A stretch of DNA of 64,000 nt from Methanobacteriota archaeon (GCA_963701995.1 OY969693.1:1025512-1089511); one strand, 5' to 3'. Positions 20,038 to 30,605 are shown, numbered from the stretch's first letter. A program made the numbers and translations. Notes: a model not told the origin generated them from the sequence alone.

Positions 20038-20133
20038 CAATTCGAGTCTCACCTTGGTCAGAATAGTCAATGGCCCGAAGGTTCTCGCTTCGAATCATAT
20101 TCGCATCGCCAAACAGAAGATAATGAAGAACTT

Positions 20134-20508
20134 ATGTCGAACATAGTGCAAATTGTTCTCGCGTTCTTTGCCGTGGTCGTCGTCCCGGCTTCGCTTTGTC
20201 GCTCGCGTATTTGTCCAGATTAGATCATTTGGAGGTAACCGAGCGATTAATGATGTCGATCGGCTTGAGTATTACTATGGTGGTTGCAATCGGGCTTTTT
20301 TTTGGGTTATTCTCCAATGCTGATAAATGACACCAGCGGAACCACTGCGTATTCGTTATTTGCTGCGCTCGTCTTCGTAACAATCTTCTTCCTGATAATA
20401 TGGGCTTTGAGAGCAGCGCGCTTGGCAGTCAAAGACACACGAGAGATTGTCAAGCCAAAATGCGGAGTCAGCCACAAACTCTCTTTTCGTCTAAGCAATC
20501 GGTCATAA
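20134..20508 (+). pseudogene. DUF1616-like membrane protein broken by two compensating frameshifts
   Basis: Joining three frames gives ...VVPGFALSLAYLSRLDHLEVTERLMMSIGLSITMVVAIGLFLGYSP..., which matches the PG...ER..LS.GLS pattern. Confidence 0.6.
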
Positions 20509-21135
20509 GGTTAGCTTTGCCAGATCGAACGCTTCAGCTTTACTGTGATTATGAGTCGCTAGCATTCCGGCCTGAAAAGCGCGATACTGTGCGAGACCAG
20601 CTATCGCTTCTGTTCGCACGTAGTACTTGTCATTCTGCGTTTCGTGAAGCTTTAACGCTTCGAGCTTGATGTTGAAGAAATTCGTAATGTTGACAAAAAC
20701 TCGTGGAGTAAACTCGAGTGACACGCTGGGAGACTCATAGAGGAAAATATCATCCACGTGCCTGTACAACGTCATAGTCGCAAGGGCGGCATTTCGATGA
20801 TCTTGGTGATGGTCGTGCGAACTGTGCGTATATATTCTATCGGGCTGTAATGCATCTACCTTTGCTTGAATAAGCTCGATTGTCCGGTAGTCAGTTGTGA
20901 TCATCCGATCCTTGAGATCCTCAATAGTGATACTGTCCGCGCAGAGGACCTGTGCGGCTTTCTTACACTCACTGATTCTTTTGTCACTTGGCCCCCCTGC
21001 TTCGCCCTTGGAGAGCACAAGAAGGTGTACGTCGTCGCCTTTGTGTTTGTGATAAGCTAACGTCGCGTAGCAGCCTAGCTCACAATCATCTGGATGAGCG
21101 CCGATCGCTAGAATTACTTTACCCAAATAAATCAC
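20503..21135 (-). CDS. PIG-L/LmbE family N-acetylsugar deacetylase
   Basis: AHPDD.E.G, HHQDH, YESPS and AEAF motifs. Confidence 0.88.
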   Translation of the reverse strand: MIYLGKVILAIGAHPDDCELGCYATLAYHKHKGDDVHLLVLSKGEAGGPSDKRISECKKAAQVLCADSITIEDLKDRMITTDYRTIELIQAKVDALQPDRIYTHSSHDHHQDHRNAALATMTLYRHVDDIFLYESPSVSLEFTPRVFVNITNFFNIKLEALKLHETQNDKYYVRTEAIAGLAQYRAFQAGMLATHNHSKAEAFDLAKLTL

Positions 21136-22732
21136 CAGTGCATAGTTGTTTTGTCGCGTTGAACAATGCGTCCATCGAAGTATTGGTGAGCAAAGGCACG
21201 TTTGCGTTGAAGCTTATATTTCCTTTAAGTGCGTACGACCATTGGGCACAGGTCGATCGTATCCCTATGTTAGTTGCATAATCAATGACGGAGGGAATCA
21301 CGTTGAGCGTTTTCGCCGTATTGCCCACGATCGAGCGATCTCTTGCGATCTGGTTTCGTTCAAATCGTGTTCTCAACTCATTTTGCATACTTACAATCAT
21401 AGCTATTTTCTCTTTAAAGCCATCAAGTTTCCTATTTGCGACTGCACTTTTCAAGTTGTCAAGCGCGCAGATGACGCCGTCAATGTCCGCGAGAATATCG
21501 TCCAACTCGCCCTGTACGATCTCCACGTCGCACTTCTCATCCTTCGCCAGATTGTATTGAGATCGCACCCTGAGTAGCTCGAGAATTGCGTCAAGCTGTC
21601 CAACCCCCCCGTACATATCTTTCGGCCTCCATATCGAGACGACAGGGAATTGCATCCCAAGCGCTCCAGCGATCTTCTCAGCTCTGCCCAGATATTCGGC
21701 GCCTCCGTGGCCACCGACGTAGAACGAAACGCCTATCCCGCTAAAGGCGATAAGCATCGCCTCTGCTCGGAGCGACACGTTGGGCAACATCTGTTCCAGG
21801 GCTGAGCGCAGATCCCCCAGAAACTCTACAGTTGTTGTGCACGCGCGACACTTCGCCACGAGCGCATGATCGGGCGCCCTCCTCATCTCTACGTCAGCTT
21901 TTCCGCCGCACGGGCAATGATACCAAACAGGGATAGGTGGCTTCGCACCTGGGTTCTTCTGCGCCTCGGCCATCAATCTAGCGTACTGGTCGTAGTTTTC
22001 CAACAGAAAAGCGATCTCATCACTGAACACCTGTTGGCATTCGGAAAACCGCGCGAACGCGGTTGTATACCCACACTCCTCAATGAGGTACGCGAAAAAG
22101 AATGCGTTAAAATCAGCCGCGTTCGTGCTTCTCTGATACGCCCGATCGATAACGTCAGAAACGGCGCGCGTGTCGAGGTCGACGTCCGGAACCGGCAGCT
22201 TCAAACGCTTCGCGTGATTCATCACTGAATCGAACGACTCGCTCGCCCAACGTTCGATGTCGCTTTTTAGCTTTGCCACTTCGGCGCTGTCTGGATTCGG
22301 AACGGCGCGCATGAGCTTGTTGTGGTACGTCGGACCGACCGCCAAGTGGAGGGTGAGCGTGCCGTTTCTGTTTCTGACGCTCGGGAGCTGCGCTTCTCGG
22401 AACCACCGCTCATTGGCGAAGTCCTGGTCGGCAAAACAAAAGAGCTCAACTACAGGGCAGTCAAGTCTCTCGCGCAACTGCTCGGCCACTGCATGGACGA
22501 GCACCGCCTTGCGCACGACCCCACTGTAGGGCAGGAAGTTTGGCTGATGGGCAGACATCAAAACAATTCCTTCATAATCTGCTTGAAGCGGGATCCGAGA
22601 ATCGCTATGAAACGCTCTGACGTGTTCAGCAAACGCTTTGCGCTTGCCATGCATCGTGTCGTCGGGGTAAACAGCGTTACCTGCAACAACTCGCGTCAGT
22701 TCCTGCAGATTCTTGCATTGATCCCCTTTCAT
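21119..22732 (-). CDS. BshC/WbqC-like putative amino-acid:amino-sugar ligase with Zn-ribbon insert and coiled coil
   Basis: SAHQPNFLPY, PVVELF.FADQDF and YVGG.GGAEY motifs; CPC...CRAC; long helical C-terminus. Confidence 0.5.
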   Translation of the reverse strand: MKGDQCKNLQELTRVVAGNAVYPDDTMHGKRKAFAEHVRAFHSDSRIPLQADYEGIVLMSAHQPNFLPYSGVVRKAVLVHAVAEQLRERLDCPVVELFCFADQDFANERWFREAQLPSVRNRNGTLTLHLAVGPTYHNKLMRAVPNPDSAEVAKLKSDIERWASESFDSVMNHAKRLKLPVPDVDLDTRAVSDVIDRAYQRSTNAADFNAFFFAYLIEECGYTTAFARFSECQQVFSDEIAFLLENYDQYARLMAEAQKNPGAKPPIPVWYHCPCGGKADVEMRRAPDHALVAKCRACTTTVEFLGDLRSALEQMLPNVSLRAEAMLIAFSGIGVSFYVGGHGGAEYLGRAEKIAGALGMQFPVVSIWRPKDMYGGVGQLDAILELLRVRSQYNLAKDEKCDVEIVQGELDDILADIDGVICALDNLKSAVANRKLDGFKEKIAMIVSMQNELRTRFERNQIARDRSIVGNTAKTLNVIPSVIDYATNIGIRSTCAQWSYALKGNISFNANVPLLTNTSMDALFNATKQLCTGDLFG

Positions 22733-22855
22733 GAATCACCAAAAAACATGACCCACAACAAGCTTTGGAACGTGAAATCCAAGACTCGCGTTCCAATCAG
22801 CATGATAAGCAACGCCTATATAGTTATTTTCCGTATAGATGTGCGAAGTGATACA

Positions 22856-24070
22856 GTGAAAGCCATTGTCCTAGCTGCAGGCGAAGGAACGCGATTAAGG
22901 CCATTCACACTGACTCAACCGAAAGCGATGGTGCCGGTGGCTAACAGGCCCATTCTTGAATATGTGATCGATTCTTTAGCAGGGTGCGGCGTCACCGACA
23001 TCAGTTTGGTAGTCGGCTACAAAAAAGAAAAAGTAATGAACTATTTTGAGGGTGGCAAGAAATTCGGCGTTAAAATAAATTACGTCGAGCAGCCACAGCA
23101 GCTCGGAACGGCTCACGCTATAAAGCTGGCCGAAGATTCAATCGAGGAAAACTTCCTAGTTCTAAATGGCGACAATCTCACAAGCCCGCAAGCCATAGAA
23201 GAAGTCATGAGCAACGCATCCGGCGACGTGACGCTCCTTCTCACCGTTAAAGAAAACGTTAAGGGTTATGGAGTCGTCACGACTGAAGGCAACCGCGTCA
23301 CTCAAATAGTCGAAAAGCCCGGGACGGATATTAGCCACTATATCAATACGGGCATCTACGTTTTTGCTCCTGCTGCCTTCAATGAGATACCGTACACAAA
23401 GATATCTCCTCGGGGTGAATACGAGATAACGGATACCATTCAGAGGATGATCGAGAAGCAGTATGATGTCAAAGGCGTCCACACTACCTCCATGTGGATT
23501 GATGCCAGTTACCCCTGGGATTTGCTTAATGCAAACGCGGCAGTGCTTGCTTCTATCAAAGAGGCGCCCGCCCACCAAAACGGCCAAATCGAAGACGATG
23601 CGAAAGTGAGGGGAAGCGTCATCGTCGGCGAAAATTCGATAATACGGTCTGGGTCTTATGTGCTCGGTCCTGTCGTCATAGGTAGAGACGCTGAGATTGG
23701 ACCTAACGTGACTATACTCCCCTCGACGAGTATCGGAAATGGCGTTACCATCGACTCGTTTACCGAGGTGCGAAACTCGTTGGTTATGAACGACGTGCGA
23801 CTGGGCTCTCACTCTCTCGTTGCAAATTCTATCATTGGAAAAAATACGATGATTGGTTCCCATTTCATCGCAGAGCAAACAAAGCTTGCTATGCCATTTC
23901 TTGACGGAGAGCTGCACCACGTAATGAATTTAGGTGCGATAATCGGTGAGAATTGTCGTTTCGGGCACGGGGTCCTCGTTGAAGCTGGAAAAATCATTGG
24001 TGTGCACTGCACCGTGGAATCCGCCACGACGATAAGAAAGAACGTCGATAACTACAGCACCATCGTTTGA
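22856..24070 (+). CDS. Second GlmU-like sugar-phosphate nucleotidyltransferase
   Basis: GTG start at 22856; LAAGEGTRLRP.T...PK; LbH domain lacks the HLSY motif. Confidence 0.85.
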   Translation: MKAIVLAAGEGTRLRPFTLTQPKAMVPVANRPILEYVIDSLAGCGVTDISLVVGYKKEKVMNYFEGGKKFGVKINYVEQPQQLGTAHAIKLAEDSIEENFLVLNGDNLTSPQAIEEVMSNASGDVTLLLTVKENVKGYGVVTTEGNRVTQIVEKPGTDISHYINTGIYVFAPAAFNEIPYTKISPRGEYEITDTIQRMIEKQYDVKGVHTTSMWIDASYPWDLLNANAAVLASIKEAPAHQNGQIEDDAKVRGSVIVGENSIIRSGSYVLGPVVIGRDAEIGPNVTILPSTSIGNGVTIDSFTEVRNSLVMNDVRLGSHSLVANSIIGKNTMIGSHFIAEQTKLAMPFLDGELHHVMNLGAIIGENCRFGHGVLVEAGKIIGVHCTVESATTIRKNVDNYSTIV

Positions 24071-24250
24071 GGCACGCTGCGGGCACCGGTTACTATCCTA
24101 ATGCGCGCGAAGCTCATAGCAGCACAAGGCGCGTGCCCCATCATCACGTCGCAATACATTGAAACTCCAAGCCAGAAAATGCGAACGCGTGGGGGTTAAG
24201 ATCGATCTCAAAGAAGCTCATAGAACCGATTTTTTTTGATTTAACTGCCA

Positions 24251-24266
24251 CGGAAGCTTTTATATA
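24251..24266 (+). promoter_or_regulatory. BRE/TATA promoter of grpE-dnaK-dnaJ
   Basis: CGGAAGC-TTTTATATA about 35 nt upstream of a GAGGAGGT SD. Confidence 0.55.
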
Positions 24267-24313
24267 GAAGTTTAAACATATAAAAAATTAGTCTTTTCTT
24301 TGAGGAGGTATCG

Positions 24314-24847
24314 CTGATTCAACAAGATGACGACCAGGAGCTTGTCGAAGTCGAAATTCCCCCTGAGGAAGCAGCTATTTTGGAGGAGCTTGACAACGTC
24401 AAAGAACAGAATGAGGAATACCTTTCACGCCTACAGAGGCTTCAAGCTGACTTCGAAAACTTCAAGCGGCGAACTAAAATCCAAAGCAAGGATCTCGCTA
24501 AGTATGCGTCCGTCGATCTGATTAGGGAGTTACTTGATATCTCTGATAATCTCGAGCGAGCTGCCCAGGCACTGAGGGCTGAGGGAGTCCAAGGCGTCTA
24601 CGAAGGAATTGAGTTGATACACAAGCAGCTATGCGATATTTTGAGTAGGAACGGAGTCACGAGGATAGACTCGGTTGGAGAGTTGTTTGATCCACGCGTA
24701 CACGAAGCGATTATGACTGAAGTGGATACTAACCTGCCAGATAACGTGATAGCTGAGGAGATTCAAAAGGGCTATAAGCTTCATGAAAAGGTGATTCGGC
24801 CTTCCAAAGTGAAGGTTAACAAAAGCACAAATAAGGTGGACAGATGA
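24314..24847 (+). CDS. grpE: Nucleotide exchange factor GrpE (probable CTG start at 24314; TTG alternative at 24380)
   Basis: [18 protein letters not shown] and KGYKL...VIRP motifs. Confidence 0.92.
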   Translation: MIQQDDDQELVEVEIPPEEAAILEELDNVKEQNEEYLSRLQRLQADFENFKRRTKIQSKDLAKYASVDLIRELLDISDNLERAAQALRAEGVQGVYEGIELIHKQLCDILSRNGVTRIDSVGELFDPRVHEAIMTEVDTNLPDNVIAEEIQKGYKLHEKVIRPSKVKVNKSTNKVDR

Positions 24848-26637
24848 GCAAGGTAATAGGCATAGATTTAGGAACGACTAACTCTGTCGTCGCAGTCATG
24901 GAAGGAGGAGAACCAGTAGTAATCCCAAACGCAGAAGGAAATCGAACGACGCCCTCCGTAGTAGCTTTCGTGAAGAATGAACGAGTTGTAGGCGAGATTG
25001 CAAAAAGGCAGGCGATTACTAATCCAGATCACACAATTTCGTCTATAAAAAGGAAGATGGGCTCCGACTTCACGGTCGCCATTGAAGGCAAGACCTACAC
25101 ACCACAAGAAATCTCAGCAATGATCATACAGAAATTGCGGCAAGATGCTGAGAATTATCTTGGTGAGAAGGTGAGCCAAGCCGTTGTCACTGTCCCTGCG
25201 TATTTCAACGATAGTCAGCGTCAAGCCACGAAAGACGCGGGTACTATAGCAGGTCTTGAAGTCTTGCGGATTATTAATGAACCAACAGCATCTGCCCTCG
25301 CGTACGGCTTGGATAAAGCCGAAGATCAGAAGATTTTGGTTTTTGATCTTGGCGGCGGAACATTTGACGTGTCGATATTGGATATCGGTGACGGGGTATT
25401 TCACGTAAAAGCTACTAACGGCAACAACCTGCTCGGTGGCGATGACTTTGATCAAAGGATTATCGATTATCTTGCCGATCAGTTCAAGAAGGACCATGGC
25501 ATCGATCTCAGAAACGACAAGATGGCCTTGCAGAGGCTCAAGGAGGCGGCAGAGAAGGCTAAGATCGAGTTGTCAACGTTGACCACTGCGGCGGTGAACC
25601 TCCCGTTTATTACGGCAGATCAAAACGGCCCAAAGCACTTGGATATGTCGTTGACGCGGGCGCAGTTTGACAAGCTTACAGAGGATTTGGTCGAAAAGAC
25701 GATGGGGCCGATGAGACAGGCTATGAAAGACGCAAAGCTTGAGCCAAAGGATATCAACCGCATCCTACTAGTTGGGGGCTCTACTCGCACTCCTTCGGTG
25801 CAAAACGCCATAAAGCAATACCTTGGCAAAGAGCCCGATCGTGGCATTAACCCGGACGAATGCGTGGCAATCGGCGCTGCAATCCAAGCCGGTATTCTTG
25901 TCGGCGAGGTGAAAGACGTGTTGCTGCTCGACGTCACTCCCTTATCCTTGGGAATTGAAACCCTCGGCGGTGTGTTCACTAAACTCATTGAAAAGAATAC
26001 CACTATTCCTACCAAGAAATCTCAAATATTTTCGACTGCAGCTGATAGCCAGACCTCTGTTGAGATTCACGTGCTTCAGGGTGAACGTGAAATGGCTGTC
26101 GGCAACAAAACCCTCGGGCGATTTCAGTTAGTCGGAATCCCCCCTGCGCCGCGAGGCGTTCCCCAAATCGACGTCACTTTCGATATAGACGCTAACGGTA
26201 TTGTGCACGTTTCGGCAAAGGATTTGGGAACAGGCAATGAGCAGAAGATTACTATCACGGCGACGAGCGGTCTCAGTAAAGAAGAGATTGACCGCTTGAT
26301 GAAAGATGCTGAGGCCCACGCTGATGAGGATCGAAAGAAGAAAGAAGAAGCGGAGATCAGAAATGGCGCGGATTCTATGGTATATACGGCCGAAAAAACG
26401 TTGAGAGAGTCTGGAGATAAGGTCGACGCTTCTAATAAGAGCAAGGTTTCGACCGAAATCGAAAAAGTGCGCGAGGCCCTCAACGGTACAGACATCCAGG
26501 CCATTAAACAGGCAACAGAACAACTAACGAACACGATTTATCAAATTACGACCGAGCTCTACGCTAAGACTGCAGAAGATGCAAAACAAGAACCCCCGAC
26601 CGAAGAATCGGACTACGAGGTAGTCGATGAGAAATAG
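24844..26637 (+). CDS. dnaK: Chaperone DnaK
   Basis: [17 protein letters not shown] and DLGGGTFD motifs. Confidence 0.98.
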   Translation: MSKVIGIDLGTTNSVVAVMEGGEPVVIPNAEGNRTTPSVVAFVKNERVVGEIAKRQAITNPDHTISSIKRKMGSDFTVAIEGKTYTPQEISAMIIQKLRQDAENYLGEKVSQAVVTVPAYFNDSQRQATKDAGTIAGLEVLRIINEPTASALAYGLDKAEDQKILVFDLGGGTFDVSILDIGDGVFHVKATNGNNLLGGDDFDQRIIDYLADQFKKDHGIDLRNDKMALQRLKEAAEKAKIELSTLTTAAVNLPFITADQNGPKHLDMSLTRAQFDKLTEDLVEKTMGPMRQAMKDAKLEPKDINRILLVGGSTRTPSVQNAIKQYLGKEPDRGINPDECVAIGAAIQAGILVGEVKDVLLLDVTPLSLGIETLGGVFTKLIEKNTTIPTKKSQIFSTAADSQTSVEIHVLQGEREMAVGNKTLGRFQLVGIPPAPRGVPQIDVTFDIDANGIVHVSAKDLGTGNEQKITITATSGLSKEEIDRLMKDAEAHADEDRKKKEEAEIRNGADSMVYTAEKTLRESGDKVDASNKSKVSTEIEKVREALNGTDIQAIKQATEQLTNTIYQITTELYAKTAEDAKQEPPTEESDYEVVDEK

Positions 26638-26653
26638 TGCGTAAATAGACCTC

Positions 26654-27811
26654 ATGAATCGTGATTATTACGAAGTGCTAGGAGTTGACAAAACTGCCAC
26701 AGAGGCAGAGATAAAGAAAGCTTATAGAAAACTTGCTTTAAAATATCATCCTGATGTTTGCCCCGACAAAAGCGAGGCAGAAGACAAGTTTAAGGAGATT
26801 ACAGAGGCTTATGAGACACTCAGCAACCCAAGCAAACGCTCAACCTATGACAGGGTTGGCCACGCAGGTTTCGGGCAAGGTGCGTCTGGTGCTGGCTTCA
26901 GCGATTTCGGCGGGTTTGGCAACTTTTCCGATATTTTCGAAACGTTTTTCGGAGGCGGGTTCGGTGAGAGTCCATTCCGAACTCAAACAAGGGCGCGCCC
27001 GTCAGGTCCACAAAGAGGTCCCGATATCGCAGTTGACGTTCAAGTGTCGTTTGAGGATTCAATTTTTGGAACGGAAGTTACTGTTGAAGTCCCACGTTAT
27101 GAACGCTGTGAACATTGTGCGGGAACCGGTGCTGAACCCGGCACTGACATAAAAACGTGCCCGTCCTGCGGTGGCAGCGGCGAGATACAGCGGGCTCAGA
27201 ATATCTTCGGGGCGCAGCTTATCAGGATAGAAACGTGTTCTCAATGCCAAGGCGAGGGAAAGGTTTTTGAGACCGCGTGCAAGAATTGTAGGGGCGCCGG
27301 AAGGCTACGAACAACTAAGACAGTGCCGATCAAGGTTCCTCCAGGAGCATATACGGGCTTGCATATCCGAAAACCTGGCGAGGGTTCGGCAGGCGCTCGT
27401 GGCGGGCCTTCAGGCGATTTCCTTGTCGTTGTGCGCGTGCTACCACACCCGATCTTCAAACGTGAGGGCGACGACATCTATAGCGATCTATCAATCAGCG
27501 TGTCAGCTGCGGCACTGGGCGGGCAAATTGAAGTGCCTTCGGTATACGGAGCGTTAAAAGTGGACATTCCCGAAGGGACGCAAGGCGGCACCACTATCCG
27601 CCTGAGAGACAAGGGAGCCCCCAGCGTCCACAGGCGTGGGCGCGGCGACCAATACACGACACTGATCGTTGAAATCCCGAAGAATCTGACCGAAAGAGAA
27701 AAGACGCTCTTTCAAGAACTTGCATCTTTAAAGGGTGAAACCATAGGGAGAGCTGGTCGCAAGTCTAAAGTTTTTAGCACCGTTAAGAATGTCTTCGGCG
27801 CTAACGATTGA
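26654..27811 (+). CDS. dnaJ: Chaperone DnaJ
   Basis: J domain with HPD, G/F region and four CxxCxGxG repeats. Confidence 0.98.
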   Translation: MNRDYYEVLGVDKTATEAEIKKAYRKLALKYHPDVCPDKSEAEDKFKEITEAYETLSNPSKRSTYDRVGHAGFGQGASGAGFSDFGGFGNFSDIFETFFGGGFGESPFRTQTRARPSGPQRGPDIAVDVQVSFEDSIFGTEVTVEVPRYERCEHCAGTGAEPGTDIKTCPSCGGSGEIQRAQNIFGAQLIRIETCSQCQGEGKVFETACKNCRGAGRLRTTKTVPIKVPPGAYTGLHIRKPGEGSAGARGGPSGDFLVVVRVLPHPIFKREGDDIYSDLSISVSAAALGGQIEVPSVYGALKVDIPEGTQGGTTIRLRDKGAPSVHRRGRGDQYTTLIVEIPKNLTEREKTLFQELASLKGETIGRAGRKSKVFSTVKNVFGAND

Positions 27812-27835
27812 ACCTCCCTCAAGGCATCGTTTAGC

Positions 27836-28645
27836 ATGTATCCCTTCTCACTAAACGAACAGGCCCTTGCTCAAATAACCCGGCAACTTAAAAATTTTAT
27901 AAAAGGCAGCATACGATCGGCCAAAGCTAAGGGAGCGGTCGTTGCGTTGAGCGGGGGTGTAGACTCCTCTGTCATAGCCGCGTTGGCGCACGACGTTGTG
28001 AACACTAAGGCGTTGATACTCCCTGAAACAGCCGTCACCTCGGCGCAAGACGTTCTCGACGCAACATCTATCGCAGAAGCGTATGGGCTGCCGTTCACAG
28101 TAATTGAAATCAACGACCTGATCGACTGCTTTAGAGAAGCGGCGCGTCCTATTCTACCTGCGCCTAAAAATAGTCAAGTTTCGATCGCCGAAGCAAATTT
28201 GAAGCCCCGGATTCGAATGACGTTGAACTACGTCACGTCGAACGCAGATTTGCGGCTAGTTTTAGGAACAGGCAATAAGACAGAGCTGCTCATGGGCTAC
28301 TTCACGAAGTACGGAGACGGCGGCGTTGACGTTCTACCCATCGGCAGCCTCTATAAAACTCAAGTGTTTCAGCTGGCACGACACGTCGGGATTCCTGGTA
28401 GAATAATCTCGAAAGCTCCTTCTGCCGGACTCTGGTTAGGACAAACTGACGAGAAAGAACTAGGTATCTCGTACGATCTCCTCGATCGGATCTTGCTAGA
28501 ACTAATAGACAAGGAGAAAACCGTCAAGGAAACCGCCAACCTGTTGGACGTGGAACCACAACGGGTTCAAGAAATCTCTGATCAAGTGCTGCGCGCTAAG
28601 CACAAAAGGCACGCCCCTCTGATTCCAACAATAACGTGGTCCTGA
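27836..28645 (+). CDS. nadE: NH3-dependent NAD+ synthetase
   Basis: LSGGVDSS, N.KPRIRM, GYFTKYGDGG and PSAGLW motifs. Confidence 0.95.
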   Translation: MYPFSLNEQALAQITRQLKNFIKGSIRSAKAKGAVVALSGGVDSSVIAALAHDVVNTKALILPETAVTSAQDVLDATSIAEAYGLPFTVIEINDLIDCFREAARPILPAPKNSQVSIAEANLKPRIRMTLNYVTSNADLRLVLGTGNKTELLMGYFTKYGDGGVDVLPIGSLYKTQVFQLARHVGIPGRIISKAPSAGLWLGQTDEKELGISYDLLDRILLELIDKEKTVKETANLLDVEPQRVQEISDQVLRAKHKRHAPLIPTITWS

Positions 28646-28684
28646 CTTTCAGAGTTGCTCGGCGCTAAAAGCAAACGAGTAGCG

Positions 28685-29665
28685 TCAGCGCGGGGAAATT
28701 TTTATGTCGAGTACGACATGGTACTGGCGCGGAGCGTAGGATCTTACTTTCTTAAGGCGAATTCCCTCGACCGCTCTATCAAATCTTTCGACAGCTTCTT
28801 CAACTCTTTCAATCGTACTAGGAAACTCGTTTTCGGGTTTGACGTCATAATAATGGACAAAGCCGCCACTCCGGCTAAGCATTGTTACGGCGTCGCACAG
28901 GAAATTAAAGGCGGAATGCGGCAAATTCATAATGACGCGGTCTGCTACGCCTGTAAACTTAGGGGCTAGATCTTTAGCGTTGCCGAAGCACGCCTCGACG
29001 TTATGCAACCTGTTCAGTTCGATGTTGTTCTTCAAGCAGCGAAATGCATCGGGATTCTTCTCAAAGGCAACTCCTTTTTTGACTTTCTTGGCCAACAGTA
29101 TCGTAAAAGGCCCAACGCCGGCAAACATGTCCACTACGGTTTCCCTTGACTGCCCTAACTCGGCTATGCGATGCCGTTCTGTAGCTAGCCGTGGGCTAAA
29201 ATAGACGCGCGCAACATCCACTTGCAGTCTTGAGCCGTATTCTTTGTGCACCGTTTCCGTCCGTCTTTCGCCAGCGACGAAGACAAGGTCTTTGAGCCGA
29301 TATTGACCACCTACGCCACTAAGAGCTGCGAGTACTACTTTGATGTCTCTTCGTGTCTGCAGAAGCTCTGTCGCGGCGGCCAGAATGCCGTCGAACGAGT
29401 CAATTATAGCAATGTCCCCAATAACGTCGTACCGAATTCCAAGCCTCTTGCGAAGCGGTTGCAGCCGGGGTTTCAACGCGCACGGTTCAAGATCATAGCG
29501 AAGCTCATCAAGTTTTCCTTTGAAAGGGATATAAAGTCGACCGCGTCGTTCTTCTATTCTGTATCTCTCATCTAAGAGGCCAAGTTCCTTGAGCTCTTTC
29601 CTGACTCGCTCGCCTTCGTGCTTTGGTACACTAACGCACAATCTTTTTTTCGCCGACACAGGCAT
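28685..29665 (-). CDS. trm5: tRNA (guanine37-N1)-methyltransferase, Trm5 family
   Basis: VYFSPRL..E, DMFAGVGPF and MNLP motifs; start probably the ATG at 29665. Confidence 0.85.
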   Translation of the reverse strand: MPVSAKKRLCVSVPKHEGERVRKELKELGLLDERYRIEERRGRLYIPFKGKLDELRYDLEPCALKPRLQPLRKRLGIRYDVIGDIAIIDSFDGILAAATELLQTRRDIKVVLAALSGVGGQYRLKDLVFVAGERRTETVHKEYGSRLQVDVARVYFSPRLATERHRIAELGQSRETVVDMFAGVGPFTILLAKKVKKGVAFEKNPDAFRCLKNNIELNRLHNVEACFGNAKDLAPKFTGVADRVIMNLPHSAFNFLCDAVTMLSRSGGFVHYYDVKPENEFPSTIERVEEAVERFDRAVEGIRLKKVRSYAPRQYHVVLDIKISPR

Positions 29666-29828
29666 CCGCACGATATAAGAACACGCGACGCTTATCTTTT
29701 TTCTGGTCTCCAAAGCCTAAGGCACGAGAGTCAAGACGAACATAGGATTCCAATTTGCCAAGAGAAAAAGCTATTTCATTTGACGCTAAGTTATTTGCCG
29801 AATTCTGCTCGCGAAATGAGGTGATGCG

Positions 29829-30605
29829 GTGCTGACCTTCGTTGGCTTAGGCTTGTACGACGAAGAAGACGTAACGGTGAAAGGACTAAAAGCGATCGAA
29901 AATGCTGATGTGATATATGCGGAGTTCTATAGCTCAAAGCTTCTAGGAACCACAATTGAGAAATTGGAAGAATTCTATAAGCGCGAAATCCGTCTGCTCG
30001 ACAGAAATGATGTTGAGCAAGTTCCTGACGAGACAGTTTTGCGAGATGCCGAGTGTAAGAATGTCGCTTTCTTAACGGCGGGCGACGCAATGATCTCTAC
30101 AACGCACGTCGATTTAAGGATACGGGCGCACGACAGAGGGATAAGCACTGAAATTATTCACGGGACGTCGATTGCTACGGCGGTATGCGGATTAACTGGG
30201 CTTCAAAACTACCGTTTTGGCAAGTCGGCAACTATTGCGTTTCCTTTCAGAGAGGTGTCTGACGTGCCCTACAACACGGTTACGGCAAATTTAAGAAGCG
30301 ATCTCCACACGTTGCTCTTTTTGGATATACAGGAAGAGCTTATGAAGCTTGGCCATGGAATCGAACTGTTGCTTCATAGTGAACATGAGAAAGGACGCAA
30401 TCAGTTGGCGTCTCTACTAGCCGTGGGCATTGCGCGAGCGGGGTCGCGTTCACCGACGGTTAAAGCAGACCTGTTGGCGAGGCTCAAGGAGTACGATTTT
30501 GGGCCTCCTTTGCACGTCCTTGTCATACCCGCGTCACTTCACTTCGTGGAAAAGCAGGCGCTTCAAACGTTTGCCGGTGCTCAAAATGTCCCAGATTGTG
30601 GCTAA
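29829..30605 (+). CDS. dph5: Diphthine synthase
   Basis: GLGL, ATTH-like 'STTH', GLQNYRFG and HTLLFLD motifs. Confidence 0.95.
   Translation: MLTFVGLGLYDEEDVTVKGLKAIENADVIYAEFYSSKLLGTTIEKLEEFYKREIRLLDRNDVEQVPDETVLRDAECKNVAFLTAGDAMISTTHVDLRIRAHDRGISTEIIHGTSIATAVCGLTGLQNYRFGKSATIAFPFREVSDVPYNTVTANLRSDLHTLLFLDIQEELMKLGHGIELLLHSEHEKGRNQLASLLAVGIARAGSRSPTVKADLLARLKEYDFGPPLHVLVIPASLHFVEKQALQTFAGAQNVPDCG

Noticed and set aside
22322..22855. Apparent 178-aa N-terminal extension on the second GlmU (582-aa ORF)
   Set aside because: It is largely antisense to the BshC-like gene. GlmU homology starts at the GTG at 22856.
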